The position numbers and the translations under genes are program-made. This document shows positions 15,358 to 29,349 of a stretch of DNA of 64,000 nucleotides, one piece after another. Numbering within the stretch: position 1 is the stretch's first letter; every line of letters begins with the position of its first letter. The DNA is taken from assembly GCA_964016885.1 (NCBI GenBank), contig OZ024762.1, forward strand, positions 11,160,001 to 11,224,000, read 5' to 3'. The notes beneath the pieces are model-generated. The model was not told the DNA's origin and ran no database searches. It worked only from the letters and a program-made list of their open reading frames with translations. The stretch is from Eledone cirrhosa (lineage: Eukaryota).

Positions 15358-15486
15358 ACATATATATATATGTAGAGGTTATATTTAATTTGTTGGGATT
15401 CAACAAGCTTAAACATTTTTTAAGCTCCAACCGTTAAGGTTGTTTTTTTTTCCGGGTATGTCAATATTTATTTATAAAACAAATCT

Positions 15487-15555
15487 GTATTTTATCTGAT
15501 GAAAGCGCACCATAAATTACATTGGTTGCCCTTGAAATATATATATAATAAAATA
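15487..15555 (+). ncRNA. Hammerhead ribozyme motif (family G)
   Basis: tattttat-CTGATGA(15496-502)-aagcgcacca..tggttgccctt-GAAA(15534-37)-tatatata-TA-ataaaata. Confidence 0.75.
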
Positions 15556-15597
15556 AATATGGTTTTATAAATATAGTTTCCATTTATTAATATATTG

Positions 15598-15656
<59 letters not shown>

Positions 15657-15657
<1 letters not shown>

Positions 15658-15837
15658 CGAAGGAAATGTGGTAAGGAACCAGGTGGACCATAACGCACCA
15701 AAGTACTCAATACTTAGGGTAGTAGAGTGGGTAATAGGAACGAGTAGGACCCCGACGGCTGAGCTCAAGCCGTTTCGACGGCTAATTCTGTTAGCCGTCG
15801 AAACGGCTTGAGCTCAGCCGTCGGGGTCCTACTCGTT

Positions 15838-15841
<4 letters not shown>
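15657..15841. mobile_element. Palindromic repeat family B (carries the 3' half of a hammerhead)
   Basis: Arms aggaacgagtaggaccccgacggctgagctcaagccgtttcgacggctaa and its reverse complement; contains GAAA-cggct-tgagctc-agccg-TC. Other copies: 21607-21811, 22278-22471, 30468-30661, 40808-40991. Partial copies: 4086-4136, 18812-18921, 20228-20363, 27427-27532, 27723-27785. Confidence 0.75.
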
Positions 15842-15902
<61 letters not shown>

Positions 15903-16147
15903 TCACCGTTTTACGTCCGTTCTTCCACGCTAGCATGGGTTAGACGGGTTGTCCAGTTGTGGACAGTGTCCAGTTGGCTGACCTCGTCATGCTCATACAG
16001 GAATTGATTCTGGCTTGATTTCTACAGCTGGATGCCCTTCCTAACACCAACCTCATTTACAGTGAGTGCTGGGTGCTTTTTTTCCGTGGCGCCTACACGT
16101 CTACTTTTCAGTGGGAGGGGGTGGGGGCATATTATCTATATGCTTCA

Positions 16148-16187
<40 letters not shown>

Positions 16188-16568
16188 CTTTATTTGCCAC
16201 AAGGGCGCACAATAAATAGGACAATACAAGGACTTATGGCGGGGTATGTATATATAGTGTATATATGAGTTGTGCCAAGCTGTATCGGCATTTGCCTTTC
16301 CCTTGGACAACATCGGTGGAGTGGAGAGGGGAGACCGGTATGCATGGGTGACTGCTGTTCTTCCACAAACAACTATGCCCGGACTTTTGCCCCGGAGGGG
16401 AACTTTCTAGGGGCAAATCCCATGGTCGTTCGTGACCAAAGGGGGTCTTTTTATACACCTGATGATATACATTTGATTATATAATACACCGGAGTATAAT
16501 ATACACCTGGTGTTCTGCTTAATTGTTGTTAACCTATACCTGTAGGATCGACATACGCAGGGAGGGTG

Positions 16569-16775
16569 TTCCATATGATTTTGACTTCATATCTATATAT
16601 CTATATAGATGACGAATTGGCAGAGTCGTTAGAACGTCGGATAGAATGCCTTATGGTATTTGTTCCGGCTCTCTGCTGGCTGAGTTTAAATCCTGCCGAG
16701 GTCAACTTTGCCTTTCATCCTTTCGAGGTCGATAAAAAAAAGTACCAGTCTAGTACTGGGGTCGAATCTTCTTAT

Positions 16776-16807
<32 letters not shown>

Positions 16808-17242
16808 GCTCTCTCAATTTCTCTCTCAATTTCTCTAGAAGAAATCTGCTGTAACTTAGACCTGGAGAGGGATGGGATCCGGCAGGCTTAAAATGGCTAA
16901 GAAACGCGGTATATCAATATGGCGGCGCACTTAAGACTTTAACAGGAGTTGTGGGACCATACATTCATATGTACATCTGTATAAGGTTTATGTAATTCTG
17001 ATGTGATAAACAATTACAGCACCATTAAAGATCTGGTTAACTCTTAACGTCCTGAACTACACACAACCTTATTAGAAAGATATTTATCAAAAGTATAAAA
17101 CAACACTTTGAATGCAACACATTAAAATGTAAAGTCTTTACTGAAACACTGTAAATGTTCGCAACAAAATTTGAATTAACAAAAATATAAGAAACCACAT
17201 TAGCAAGACATTCTTAAAAAGTATAAAACAGTACAATGATTG
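16569..17242 (+). repeat. About 680-bp direct duplication (partner 20381-21077)
   Basis: Near-identical sequence including a SINE, a (CT)n tract and unique flank. Confidence 0.9.
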
Positions 17243-18709
17243 CATTACATAAAAAATTAAATTTTATACTCTAACATTGCAAATTTTCACAAAAATCTGA
17301 CCACTAGTAAATATACTATAGACGTTTTAATTATCAATGCACATTAGCAAAACATTCTTAAAAGATACAAACATCTCTAAGACTGTATTGCATTAAAAAT
17401 TGATGTCTTTACTCGAAAACAGCAAATTATTTACGACAGTAAATATACTATAAGTATTTGAATTTACAAACCTGCTTTTAGAAATGTTCTGCTAAACCGT
17501 TGAAGGATGTTAGAAGATGTTCACTTAAATCATGTTCACACATACATTTATATGTATATATCGAAGAAGATACCAACACTCTGTGTGTGTGTGTGTGAGA
17601 GAGTGGGAGAGAGAGAGAGAGAGAGAGATAGTGAGAAAGAAAGATAGTGAGAGAGGGGGTGAGAGTGTCTACGTGTTTATTCATGTGCAAAAAGTAGAAA
17701 CAATTATATTTAACGGTGGGTTTGGCAGTATCGGTAGAGGGTCGGACGCCATGCTTTGCAGCATAGAGTTACGGCCCTTTGCAGTCTGAGTTCAAATCCC
17801 GCCGAGGTTAACTTTGCCTTTCATCCTTACGGGGTCGATAAAATAAAGTACCAGTAATTCACTGGTATAATTGCTGTCCTTGTGCCAAAAGTAGAAACAA
17901 TTATATTTAACATATCTAGAACATCTCCGATGTTAAGTACAGTTTTTCACGGTTCTGTTGTTTATTTAATCAAAGAATATATCCCGCCCAATATCACACG
18001 GTCTCTCTCTTTTTCTCTCTGTCACTCACACACACATGTATACATATATATATATATATATATTAAATGGCGAGTTGTGTGGTTGCATTTAAGTATATTA
18101 TTTTCGTTTTTGAATTATACATAAATGCAACCACACAGTTCGCCATTTTATTCATATAAGTTTCCTTCTCCTCTGCGACCCGTCTCGCTTTTCTCCCCTT
18201 GTTGCTACCCTCTCTCTCCCTCTTACTTTGGCTCACCTCCTCTGCTAGTCACCTTCTCTCGGCTAGCCTGCCACTATAACTATCTCTTTCTCGCGTCCTC
18301 TTACTTTCACTCACTCCCTCTCTGCTAGTCATCCTCTCTCCGCTAGCTCTCTTCCTCCCTTGTCCGCCACTGTATGCACTCTCTTTTCTCGCTAACACTG
18401 ATACGGCTAAGATGTGTCTTTTTTCTCTCGTCAAACTCGCCAGTTCTTACGTTCGAAATGAGTCGTTGGCTTGATATTTTCCTTATTTTACCTCTCTTTA
18501 CGTTGCTTCACCCTTCGTGTCTGTTTACATGTTTTTCTCCCCCCTCCCCACACTTTTATCCCAATAACTTATTTTAGTTATTGTTCGCCCTAGGCTGAGG
18601 TATCGTGTCTCTAACACAAAGAAATACCTATGATTTCTAGCAGACAACTGACGATAGATATTCCCCTCTTTCGCCCGTAACTTTTATTTTTCCTTTTTTC
18701 ATTATACAG

Positions 18710-18816
<107 letters not shown>

Positions 18817-18919
18817 AACAAGTAAGACCCCGACGGCTGAGCTCAAGCCGTTTCGACGGCTAATTCTGTACACTTTGGTGCGTTATGGTCCACCTGGTTC
18901 CTTACCACATTTCCTTCGT

Positions 18920-18951
<32 letters not shown>

Positions 18952-19048
18952 TTAAAAAATAATGAATAAAACAATGAAACAGTTCCTTATATTACATTGA
19001 GTTCTTCATACGGATTGGACACTACCGTAAACTCTTGGTAGATTTATC

Positions 19049-19099
<51 letters not shown>

Positions 19100-19929
19100 A
19101 TATATATCAGAATGGAGGCGGTAAAAACTAGTTAGACCATTACTCACCAGAGTACTCGATACTTGGGGTAGTAGAGTGAGTAATATGAATTTTTCATATA
19201 TATATATAGTAATAATAATAAATGCGAAGACTAAAATCCAAAGAAGACTCGATAAGGATAAATATATAAGAACCCTAGACCAAATATATACCTAGCTGTG
19301 TGTGATTACACACTTTACAAATTATCGCCTGTGATTGTTTCATGTGTTTATTTTAAATATATATATATGTATGTCAATCAATTTCTAGTTGATATAAAAT
19401 GCTCGGATCTATTCATTGGAATCTTTGAGCTTATTCTACAGTGGATATGGCGCATGTCTCGGACATGACTCCTTTAATTTAATTTAATTTGATTTATTTC
19501 GGATATTTATATATATATCCGAAATAAATTTTACTAAAAGCTTAACATTATTTGTCTAAATAAAGTACCAGTAATGCACTGGGTAATTGTGGCCTTGTGC
19601 CAAAAGTAGAAACAATTATTTGTCTAGGCAGACAGTACTTGATTTAGGAGTTGCAGAAACCCAAATGCTGGATTTTACCAACCTTCCAGGGGTCAGGGTA
19701 TAATTTTCAATCATATTTTATTTGTTTGACCCGAATTACTTGGTCGTTTCTATGGCTGTGCGGATAATGGTTTAACCATCGTCTCAGTATGTTTGGCCTT
19801 TTAACTTATGTGGTAGCTCTAGTCCGCTAGCGTCTATGGAGCGCTTGCCACACATCTCAGAATTTGTATTTCGCTAATTTCCAATAGCCGAAATACGATT
19901 CTCGCTAATTTATATTTGTATATATATAT

Positions 19930-20150
19930 AGTTATGTAATAAACAACATAAGATAATTATTTCATTTACCAGTGGTTTCTTGAAGACAGATGTTGTGTCT
20001 GTCTTCAGTAGTCAGAATGAATAAAAAAACATGGTGTATGACGACTGCAGACAGACACAACACTGGTAAATGAAATAATTATCTTATGTTGTTTATTGCA
20101 TAACTAATAAGCTCTGAAGCCTACATAGAGCACTCTTTTTTCCTGTACCT
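19930..20150. mobile_element. Palindromic hammerhead-derived repeat, family E (degenerate)
   Basis: Inverted arms tagttatgtaataaacaacataagataattatttcatttaccagtg. Minus-strand core CTGACTA..GAAA-ccactgg-TA. Tail on the right arm only. Confidence 0.6.
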
Positions 20151-20589
20151 TTCTGACGGAAATGCTTCATTCACACACGCACACACACACACACACATAC
20201 ATATACATATATATATATATACATAAATAACAAAGAAGGTGTGGTAAGAAACCAGGTGGACCAACCATAACGCACCAAAGCACTCGATACGTAGGATAGT
20301 AGAGTGGATAATAGAAAAAGTGTCATGACCCCGACGGCTGAGCTCCGGCCGTTTCGACAGCTAGATCCGGGGGGTGGGTATTCCATATGATTTTGACTTC
20401 ATATCTATATATCTATATAGATGACAAATTGGCAGAGTCGTTAGAACGTCGGATAGAATGCCTTATGGTATTTGTTCCGGCTCTCTGCTGGCTGAGTTCA
20501 AATCCCGCCGAGGTCAACTTTGCCTTTCATCCTTTCGAGGTCGATAAAAAAAAGTACCAGTCTAGTACTGGGGTCGAATCTTCTTATCC

Positions 20590-20656
<67 letters not shown>

Positions 20657-21519
20657 CTCTCTCAATTTCTCTAGAAGAAATCTGCTGTAACTTAGACCTG
20701 GAGAGGGATGGGATCCGGCAGGCTTAAAATGGCTAAGAAACGCGGTATATCAATATGGCGGCGCACTTAAGACTTTAACAGGAGTTATGGGACCATACAT
20801 TCATATGTACATCTGTATAAGGTTTATGTAATCCTGATGTGATAAACAATTACAGCACCATTAAAGATCTGGTTAACTCTTAACGTCCTGAACTACACAC
20901 AACCTTATTAGAAAGATATTTATCAAAAGTATAAAACAACACTTTGAATGCAACACATTCAAATGTAAAGTCTTTACTGAAACACTGTAAATGTTCGCAA
21001 CAAAATTTGAATTAACAAAAATATAAGAAACCACATTAGCAAGACATTCTTAAAAGTATAAAACAGTACACTGATTGAACCCCACCCATCCTGTAGACAC
21101 CTGTCTTGCAGGCATTCGGTGGATTGGCAGTCTCGGTAGAGGGTCGGACGCCATGCTTTCCAGCATAGTTACGTCCCTTAACGATCTGAGTTCAAATCCC
21201 GCCGAGGTTGACTTTGCCTTTCATCCTTACGGGGTCGATAAAATAAAGTACCAGTAATGCAGTGGATAATTGCTGGCCTTGTGCCAAAAGTAGAAACAAT
21301 TGTTACTTTAAGTGATAAACAAGGATTGGTATTCCAATTTTGAACATGTTTACAGTGTTCATTCTGCCTTTGTTAATATTATAGCTGTAAAGAATTAGCT
21401 TTTAATGAACTCCCTTTTCTTTAAACCCTTCAACCAATGACTTACACCCATCCCAATCCCCACCCTCTCCTACCACCAGATAAGGAAAGAGATAAATACT
21501 ACCATTTACTTGGACAGTT

Positions 21520-21570
21520 AGCTTCCTGATGATTTCTCACGAATGAAACAGTTCTAGTCCTGTAGAAGCT
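21520..21570 (+). ncRNA. Hammerhead ribozyme motif
   Basis: agcttc-CTGATGA-tttc tcac gaat-GAAA-cag ttctagtc ctg-TA-gaagct, with a perfect 6-bp stem I. Confidence 0.65.
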
Positions 21571-21810
21571 CTTCTATATTAAAACATATATATATATAGA
21601 GAGAGAGGAAAATGTAAGACCCCGACAGCAGAGCTCGAGCCGTTTCGACGGCTATTTCTGGACAAGAATTCTAGTCCAGAAATAGCCGTCGAAACGGTTT
21701 GAGCTCTGCCGTCGGGATCTTACATTTTCCTATTACCCACTCTACTCCCCTAAGTATTGAGTACTCTGGTGCGTTATGGTCCATCTGGTTTCTTACCACA
21801 ACTCCTTCGT

Positions 21811-21875
<65 letters not shown>

Positions 21876-21912
21876 GAAATTAATATATCTATCTATCTAT
21901 ATATATATATAC

Positions 21913-22223
<311 letters not shown>

Positions 22224-22469
22224 TTTAAGGATTGTAACTTCCGGCTATTGTAGTTTCACTATATATATATATATATATAGGAGTAAGTAAGACCCCGACG
22301 GCTGAGCTCAAGCCGTTTTGACGGCCTAATTCTGTACTGAATTAGCCGTCGAAACGGCTTGAGCTCAGTCGTCGGGGTCTTACTTACTCCTATTACCCAC
22401 TCTACTACCCTAAGTATTGAGTACTTTGGTGCGTTATGGTCCACCTGGTTCCTTACCACTTTTCCTTCG

Positions 22470-22542
<73 letters not shown>

Positions 22543-22549
<7 letters not shown>

Positions 22550-22755
22550 GTGAGGTTTTTTTTATAGAATGAAAAATAAACCGAGGTGTCCTACACGAGT
22601 GAAAGTATAAAGAAAAAAAGATGAAATCGAAAATGCAACTGGAGTCTTATTTTTTAAAAAAATATATATATTTATTTGGTTCCTTTACCGGTTTCGCAGT
22701 TCTTCTGCTTTTCAAAAGTACAGTTGAGATGGAGGGTCTGTGGTTTTTCTCACAT
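22543..22755 (-). mobile_element. Family C repeat, single arm, with U3-A8 hammerhead motif
   Basis: Matches the arms at 46350-46703. Minus strand 22682-22719: TTGAAAA-gcag aagaa ctgc-GAAA-ccgg-TA-aagg. Confidence 0.65.
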
Positions 22756-23496
22756 ATATATATATATATATGGAAAAAGGAAAAGAATGGCTTCACTCGT
22801 AGTTCTGAACAATTTAATTTCATAATATTATAATTTTACAATTTGGTTTTGTAGATCTAGTACGTTCTTTGTTAACTTCGGTGGGGAGATTTTTTTAAAT
22901 ATTCCTGGTTAACTTTCCTGGAGAACTTTCTCGCATTCGTCGGTTGTGATTGACAATCTGCCTGGCGCACGAACAGAAGGACGTGTTTTTTCTGCCGGTG
23001 GCATATCATAAAATCGAATTTAATCTGAAGATACAGTGCTCATAAAACAACAACAAATGCATGAATTACATCTTGATTGCATCGGAGAACCGTTGAAATA
23101 ATTATAACGAATAAACGATTTATGTAACATCAACATTTTTCTCAATGTTTTTATATATATATACATCCACACACACACACGCGCACACACGCGCGCACAC
23201 ACACACATACATACACATATATATATATATATGGAGGTGTGTTTTTTGTATGCAAAAGGTAAATAGAAATAACAAAGCAAACGGCAGACCACGACGTAGA
23301 AATACGAACACTTGATATAGTGGGAAAAGATTTTCAACGTTTCGTACACTAGTCCTTCATCCGAAGATAGAATGAGAGATTATAAGATGAAATAGAGAGT
23401 GAGAAGTGGAAGGAACGCGGCTATTCAGTTAGCCAATTTGGAGAAAAAAATAATAATATATACACTCGAAGAAAACCCACAAACGAAGTGTTTTAT

Positions 23497-24951
23497 CTAT
23501 ATATTATTTTCAATGGTGAAAACAGTCGGAACAGATTCCTGTGAACTTGCCCAGTCTTGGATTTCTGTTCTTGCTAATATTGCATATAATAGTGCACCTA
23601 ATACACAAATAACTGCACATATTCCTAACACGATCTGCCATTCTTCTTGTGTACCGTTTGGAGTTAAAGCTTTTGTAGTTAAGGTATTTACGGCACCAGC
23701 TATGTGGGCAAAAGCATTAGCTATTCCAAATATGATACCAGAATACTTTGGAGCAATGTCAATATTATTAACGATAACACCACCACTACTAAATGATTGT
23801 GTTATGCCACTTAGGAAGAATAGAACACATATCAGAATGACATGGTCACACCCGAGAAATCCTATGCCAGTCAATAGACATGCTGAACCAATCATAGAAA
23901 TAGTTTGGAATAAAACTCTCACTGAACGAGTTGATATATATTTTTTTGAGCGCAAAATGTCTGCAAATTTCCCACACAACGGTAGGGCGAATAATTGTCC
24001 GACCGGGGGTGCAGAGGACATTATTCCGTTAAACGACGTATCAACACGTAAGGCTTCTTTCATGAATAGAGGTAGCAATATCTGGAAAGATAAATCCGTC
24101 CAGTTATAAGCAAACCAAGCCAAGTTGATGGCCCAGACTGCAGGTGAAAAAAGCAATCGTAGCCAAGGTATGGTTTTAACACGTTTTTCACAGGATATAG
24201 AATTGTTTAAGTAATAACTTTCTTCTTCACCGATGGTGGGGTGGAGGTCTGGTGTGTCGTAGACGACATAAAACCAGGCAAAACTAAACAGCAACGATGT
24301 TCCACCAAATACATAAAATATAGAACCCCACCCGTTGTCAAATCCGTACACACAAAGGTAACCAGATATTGAAAAGCCTAAAATGCTACCTAGAATTTGA
24401 CCAGCAAATATAAACCCAATCAAAGAGCTAATTTCTTGTGGAGGGGCCCAGCGTCCACATAGGGACTGAACTGATGGAAACACCGGTCCACATAATAAAC
24501 CTGTTAGTATCCTCAGGGCAAGAGTAAAGTAACCACTTATTCGAGATAAACTTGGGATAAGAATGGTCACAATTGATGCCGAGAGAATAGAACATCCTAG
24601 AACTCTTTTTCCGCCATATCTGTCTGCCAATACACCACCCAAAATATTAGTTGCAATATAACCATAGAAGTAACCAGCCAAAATATTTGATTGTAAGGTA
24701 TCACTCCATTCGATTTCTCCTTCAAAATCTTGGGTTTTCGTAGTGTTTTCTGATCCAGAACAATGTCCGTTGTTTCGTGTCAAATTGACTTCATCATCAG
24801 TTGTACGATTGGGTGTCTTCAACATGCAAACAAAGGCCATACTTAGATCAACTCTCATGACTTGTAACAGTACACAAGCTATAAAACACGCATAACCTAA
24901 CTTCCATCGACATGAAGTACATTGGTTAATAAAGCTCTTAAATGCCGACAT
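23497..24951 (-). CDS. SLC17A5-like: SLC17/sialin-like MFS transporter, paralog 3 (484 aa)
   Basis: Full-length ORF (MRVDLSMA, RWAPPQE, DIAPKYSG). About 650 bp of upstream sequence is homologous to paralogs 1 and 5. Confidence 0.95.
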   Translation of the reverse strand: MSAFKSFINQCTSCRWKLGYACFIACVLLQVMRVDLSMAFVCMLKTPNRTTDDEVNLTRNNGHCSGSENTTKTQDFEGEIEWSDTLQSNILAGYFYGYIATNILGGVLADRYGGKRVLGCSILSASIVTILIPSLSRISGYFTLALRILTGLLCGPVFPSVQSLCGRWAPPQEISSLIGFIFAGQILGSILGFSISGYLCVYGFDNGWGSIFYVFGGTSLLFSFAWFYVVYDTPDLHPTIGEEESYYLNNSISCEKRVKTIPWLRLLFSPAVWAINLAWFAYNWTDLSFQILLPLFMKEALRVDTSFNGIMSSAPPVGQLFALPLCGKFADILRSKKYISTRSVRVLFQTISMIGSACLLTGIGFLGCDHVILICVLFFLSGITQSFSSGGVIVNNIDIAPKYSGIIFGIANAFAHIAGAVNTLTTKALTPNGTQEEWQIVLGICAVICVLGALLYAILARTEIQDWASSQESVPTVFTIENNI

Positions 24952-26314
24952 TTTGTATACTTCTAATGTTTATTACAATGTCCTTGATATTTAGAATCAG
25001 ACGATATATTCATACACGGGTGAGGTAAGTTCTGTAAATTTAAACCAAAAACTAAAGACAACTGCAGCAGATTAATAAAGTATTTCTTTTTTCTGGTAAA
25101 TCTGTCGATTTCTTTATCATAGTTTAATTAGATAAAATGTTTGTTTGGTCTCAAGAGTGTATATCAATTTGAATGAGTTGTGGTCTTTCAAAAATTATAG
25201 TTAGGATGTCTTTGGCACATTTATATTTTACTGAACATTGGTACAATTTATTATCGATAAACATGAACGTCTTTTACCAATAATTCTGAAACAGAGATTC
25301 GATACACCTCAGCGATAATCTTTTGGTAAGGTGATCTAATCAAGGTGCGAATTCAACCAAAGTGTTGAGTTGTGTCTGTAAGGTACAGAGAACAGAAATT
25401 ATTAGGTTCTGTTGTAAACTGTAATGTTTGAGAGAAGGCAATAACATCAGATCTTTCAATTCCTTGTCACTCTCTAATGTCGGTAAACAGAAAAGGTAGA
25501 GTTGTAAAGAAAGGTTCTTTCAGTATTTGGTTAAATCTCTTTAGGTTCTTAGTTCATCGATTGATTGGTTGACGTGTGACTCTGTACCTATAAACGAAAT
25601 CAATATTAAATAATTATAATCAACAGTATATCACTAAAATCAATATCAGAACATTAAAATCAATAATAAACCACTAAAATCAATATTAGATCATTTTTAG
25701 TATTTTCTTTTACTGATAACAGATCAAATAATGCCTTATGTATTCGTTTTTTATATATTTTTCTTAAATTATATTACTTATTACAATATCTAGGTTGCAG
25801 CCACGCCGGGGTACCGCCTTAATTTTGTTAACCATATATGCGAGTGTGTACGTGTGTGTTAATTTACATTAGGATTGGCAATATCGGTAGAGGGTCGGAC
25901 GCCATGCTTTTCAACAAAGAGTTACGGCCCTTTAAGGTCTGAGTTCAAATCCCGCCGAGGTTAACTTTGCTTTTCATCCTGACGGGTCGATAAAATAAAG
26001 TACCAGTAATGTAATTGCTGGCCTTGTGCCAAAAGTAGAAACAATTATTTAGTAGTGTTTATCAATTAGTGGGTGAGGCGCGAATACGCGCTATTTTAAA
26101 TGTAAATGGTCATCTTATACACCTGCAGGTGCATATGTACATTTGAAGGGATTATATATCAGATGGTAATTATATACCTGATGACATTATCTGATGAAAT
26201 CATATACATGCAGAAAAAATGTACTTAATGAAATTTTATACTTGTGTTTAAAAGTCATTCACCGAACCACTTAAACATACGTTTTTAATACTGGTGCAGC
26301 AGTATTCTCGTAAA

Positions 26315-26665
26315 TTACTACAAAGGTAAAGGGGGTGCTCTAGAGAGGAGCAATTATAGGGGCATAAAGCTGATGGATCAGGTTATGAAAGTGGCAGAGA
26401 GAATATTAGCGCAACTGATTAGAGAAAGGGTCAAATTAGATGAGATGCAGTTTGGTTTTGTGCCTCGGAACAGTACAACAGATGCCCTCTTCTTAGTGAG
26501 GCAACTACAAGCGAAGTTCTTAGAGAAGAATAAGCCACTATACTTAGCTTTTGTTGACCTAGAGAAGGCATTTGATAGGGTACCCCGATCTGTCATCTGG
26601 TGGTCCCAAAGGAAACTAGGTGTAGAGGAATGGCTTGTGAGGACAGTGCAAGCTATGTACAGTGA
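26315..26665 (+). mobile_element. RTE-clade LINE reverse transcriptase fragment
   Basis: YKGKG..NYRGIKL..QFGFVP..STTDA..LYLAFVDLEKAFDRVPR..LGVEEWLV, i.e. RT subdomains 1-3. Confidence 0.85.
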
Positions 26666-26689
26666 AGTGAGAATAAAGAATGCAGTGTC

Positions 26690-26905
26690 TCGAAAGCTAA
26701 CATCTGATGCAGGTAGTTTGTTCCGTGCTTCAGCAACTCTGAGCGTGAAAAAATGTTTCTGAATGTCATGGGAGCTGTGCTGTTCTCTGACTTTGTTAGC
26801 ATGCCCACGTGTGTTAAACACGTGGAAATCAAAAAGGTATCCAGGGTTGTTGTTGGCAAGATGGTTAATAATTTTGTGGGTGTTTACCAAGTCAGTTGCC
26901 AGACG
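26690..26905 (-). mobile_element. CR1-like LINE ORF2 C-terminal fragment
   Basis: RRLATDLVNTHKIIN..NTRGHANKV..KHFFTLRV..RNKLP, matching the TRGH / FF.RV..WN.LP motifs. Confidence 0.7.
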
Positions 26906-27242
26906 TCGGATTGTTTCTACTTTTGGCACAAGGCCAGCAATTATTCCAGTCCATTACCGGTACTTTATCGAGCCCGTAAGGATGAAAGGCAAAGTTAACC
27001 ACGGCGGGATTTGAACTCAGACCATAAAGGGCCGTAACCCTTTGCTGCAAAGCATGGCGTCCGACCCTCTACCGATACTGCCAGTATAATAATAATACAA
27101 GGACGAATGGTTGCTCCTTCATTATGTTTATTGGTTGGTGACGCGCGTTTCGCTATTGATCAACTCATGGTTCGATCTGTATCGATCTAGCCCGACTCTG
27201 TAATCAATGGCTCGTCGGACCTCTGTGGTAATGGCAGAATGA

Positions 27243-27332
<90 letters not shown>

Positions 27333-27781
27333 TACACACGGAGATCGATAATATAAACACCACACTTGACAAAGTAGGAATAACTAAACCCTGAACTAAA
27401 GTATATATATATATATATATATATATAACGAAAGAAATGTGGTAAGGAACCAGGTGGACCATAACGCACCAAAGTACTCAATACTTAGGGTAGTAGAGTG
27501 GGTAATAGGAACAAGTAAGACCCCGACGGCTGAATGGGTCTACTCCACTCCCTCTCCCTTTTTCTCCTACCGGCAGGTTTAGCTACCCCTTCCCCCACCA
27601 ATTTGCCATCACAGATTTACTACTAACTTGTGATGTGACCAATCCTGGTGATTATCTCTTTGACCATATATGGGATTACCCCTTGATAAGCTCGGCTATT
27701 TAAATACCAGAATAAATTTTCATTCAGTACAGAATTAGCCGTCGAAACGGCTTGAGCTCAGCCGTCGGGGTCTTACTTGTT

Positions 27782-28290
<509 letters not shown>

Positions 28291-28295
28291 AAATA

Positions 28296-28361
<66 letters not shown>

Positions 28362-28504
28362 GAGGTTATATTTAATTTGTTGGGATTCAACAAGCTTAAA
28401 TTTTTTTTATAACTGATATAAAGCACTCCCCTATCCAGGAAGCTCCAACCGTTACGGTTGTCTTTTTTTCCGGGTATGTCAATATTTATTTATAAAACAA
28501 ATCT

Positions 28505-28571
28505 GTATTTTATCTGATGAAAGCGCACAATAATTTGCCTTGGTTGCCCTTGAAATATGTATAATAAAATA
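28505..28571 (+). ncRNA. Hammerhead ribozyme motif (family G)
   Basis: CTGATGA(28514-20)-aagcgcac..gttgccctt-GAAA(28552-55)-tatgta-TA-ataaaata. Confidence 0.7.
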
Positions 28572-28609
28572 AATATGGTTTTATAAATATAGTTTCCATT
28601 TATTAATAT

Positions 28610-28650
<41 letters not shown>

Positions 28651-28653
28651 CGA

Positions 28654-28711
28654 ATACCTGATGATATCACCGGATTCATACTCAACCTGGTCATTGAAAT
28701 GATCATGGTAT
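28654..28711 (+). ncRNA. Hammerhead motif (family H), cleavage site mutated to UG
   Basis: atac-CTGATGA..GAAA-tgatca-TG-gtat. The sister copy at 47107-47163 has TA. Confidence 0.55.
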
Positions 28712-28936
28712 AATAAACCTTTCCAGGAATTGCACAAGTCCAGCCTCCTGTTATTTTATAATAATTAACTGCGTACTCGCACCACCAACTACACAAACGA
28801 AGACGGGTGAGTTGCATTACGTTGAGTGCTCTCCATATTATTACATCGCAGTTGACCATACGGAATGATCAATTCTATCCAGTGGTGAACCAACAAACCT
28901 AAATATATATATATATATATATATGTATGAATGAAG

Positions 28937-29269
28937 TAATTCCGTCGGAAAAGTCCAGGAAAAAAGAGTGCTCTATGTAAGGAACAGAGCTTAATTATTA
29001 TTATGTAATAAACAACATAAGGCAATTATTCCATTTACCAGTGGTTTCTTAAAAGCAAAAGGTTTTGCTTTCAATCCTCAGAACGAAAAAATCCTGGTTT
29101 GTTTATTGAATTTGGATCTTAAAGTTTATTGAATTTGGATCTTAAAGTTTTTAAGATCCAAATTCAATAAACAAACCAGGATTTTTTCGTTCTGAGGATT
29201 GAAAGCAAAACCTTTTGCTTTTAAGAAACCACTGGTAAATGGAATAATTGCCTTATGTTGTTTATTACA

Positions 29270-29272
<3 letters not shown>
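28937..29272. mobile_element. Palindromic hammerhead repeat, family E
   Basis: Arms of about 120 bp. HHRs at 29029-29090 (-) and 29185-29244 (+): CTGAGGA-ttgaaagcaaaa cc ttttgcttttaa-GAAA-ccactgg-TA. A 23-bp tandem duplication lies at the centre. Confidence 0.75.

Positions 29273-29349
<77 letters not shown>

Larger units (their letters stand above)
14800..16450 (+). mobile_element. tRNA-derived CORE-type SINE (family 2) split by nested insertions
   Basis: The head at 14800-14945 ends gtgccaagtcgtatc and resumes at about 16266 (gtgccaagctgtatcggc...). Possible TSD tatacacctg at 14788-97 and 16452-61. Confidence 0.5.

Noticed and set aside
15249-15555. Retrozyme-like monomer between two same-strand hammerheads
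   Set aside because: The two motifs belong to different families and are separated by (TA)n, so independent insertions are more likely.
23330-23370. Further weak hammerhead-like matches (also near 1400, 2300, 11690, 31550 and 44680)
   Set aside because: Core mismatches or no convincing stems by eye; not counted.
23399-24109. 236-aa ORF and similar ORFs at 8158, 12761, 43415, 56650 and 59612
   Set aside because: Antisense shadows of SLC17 coding sequences.
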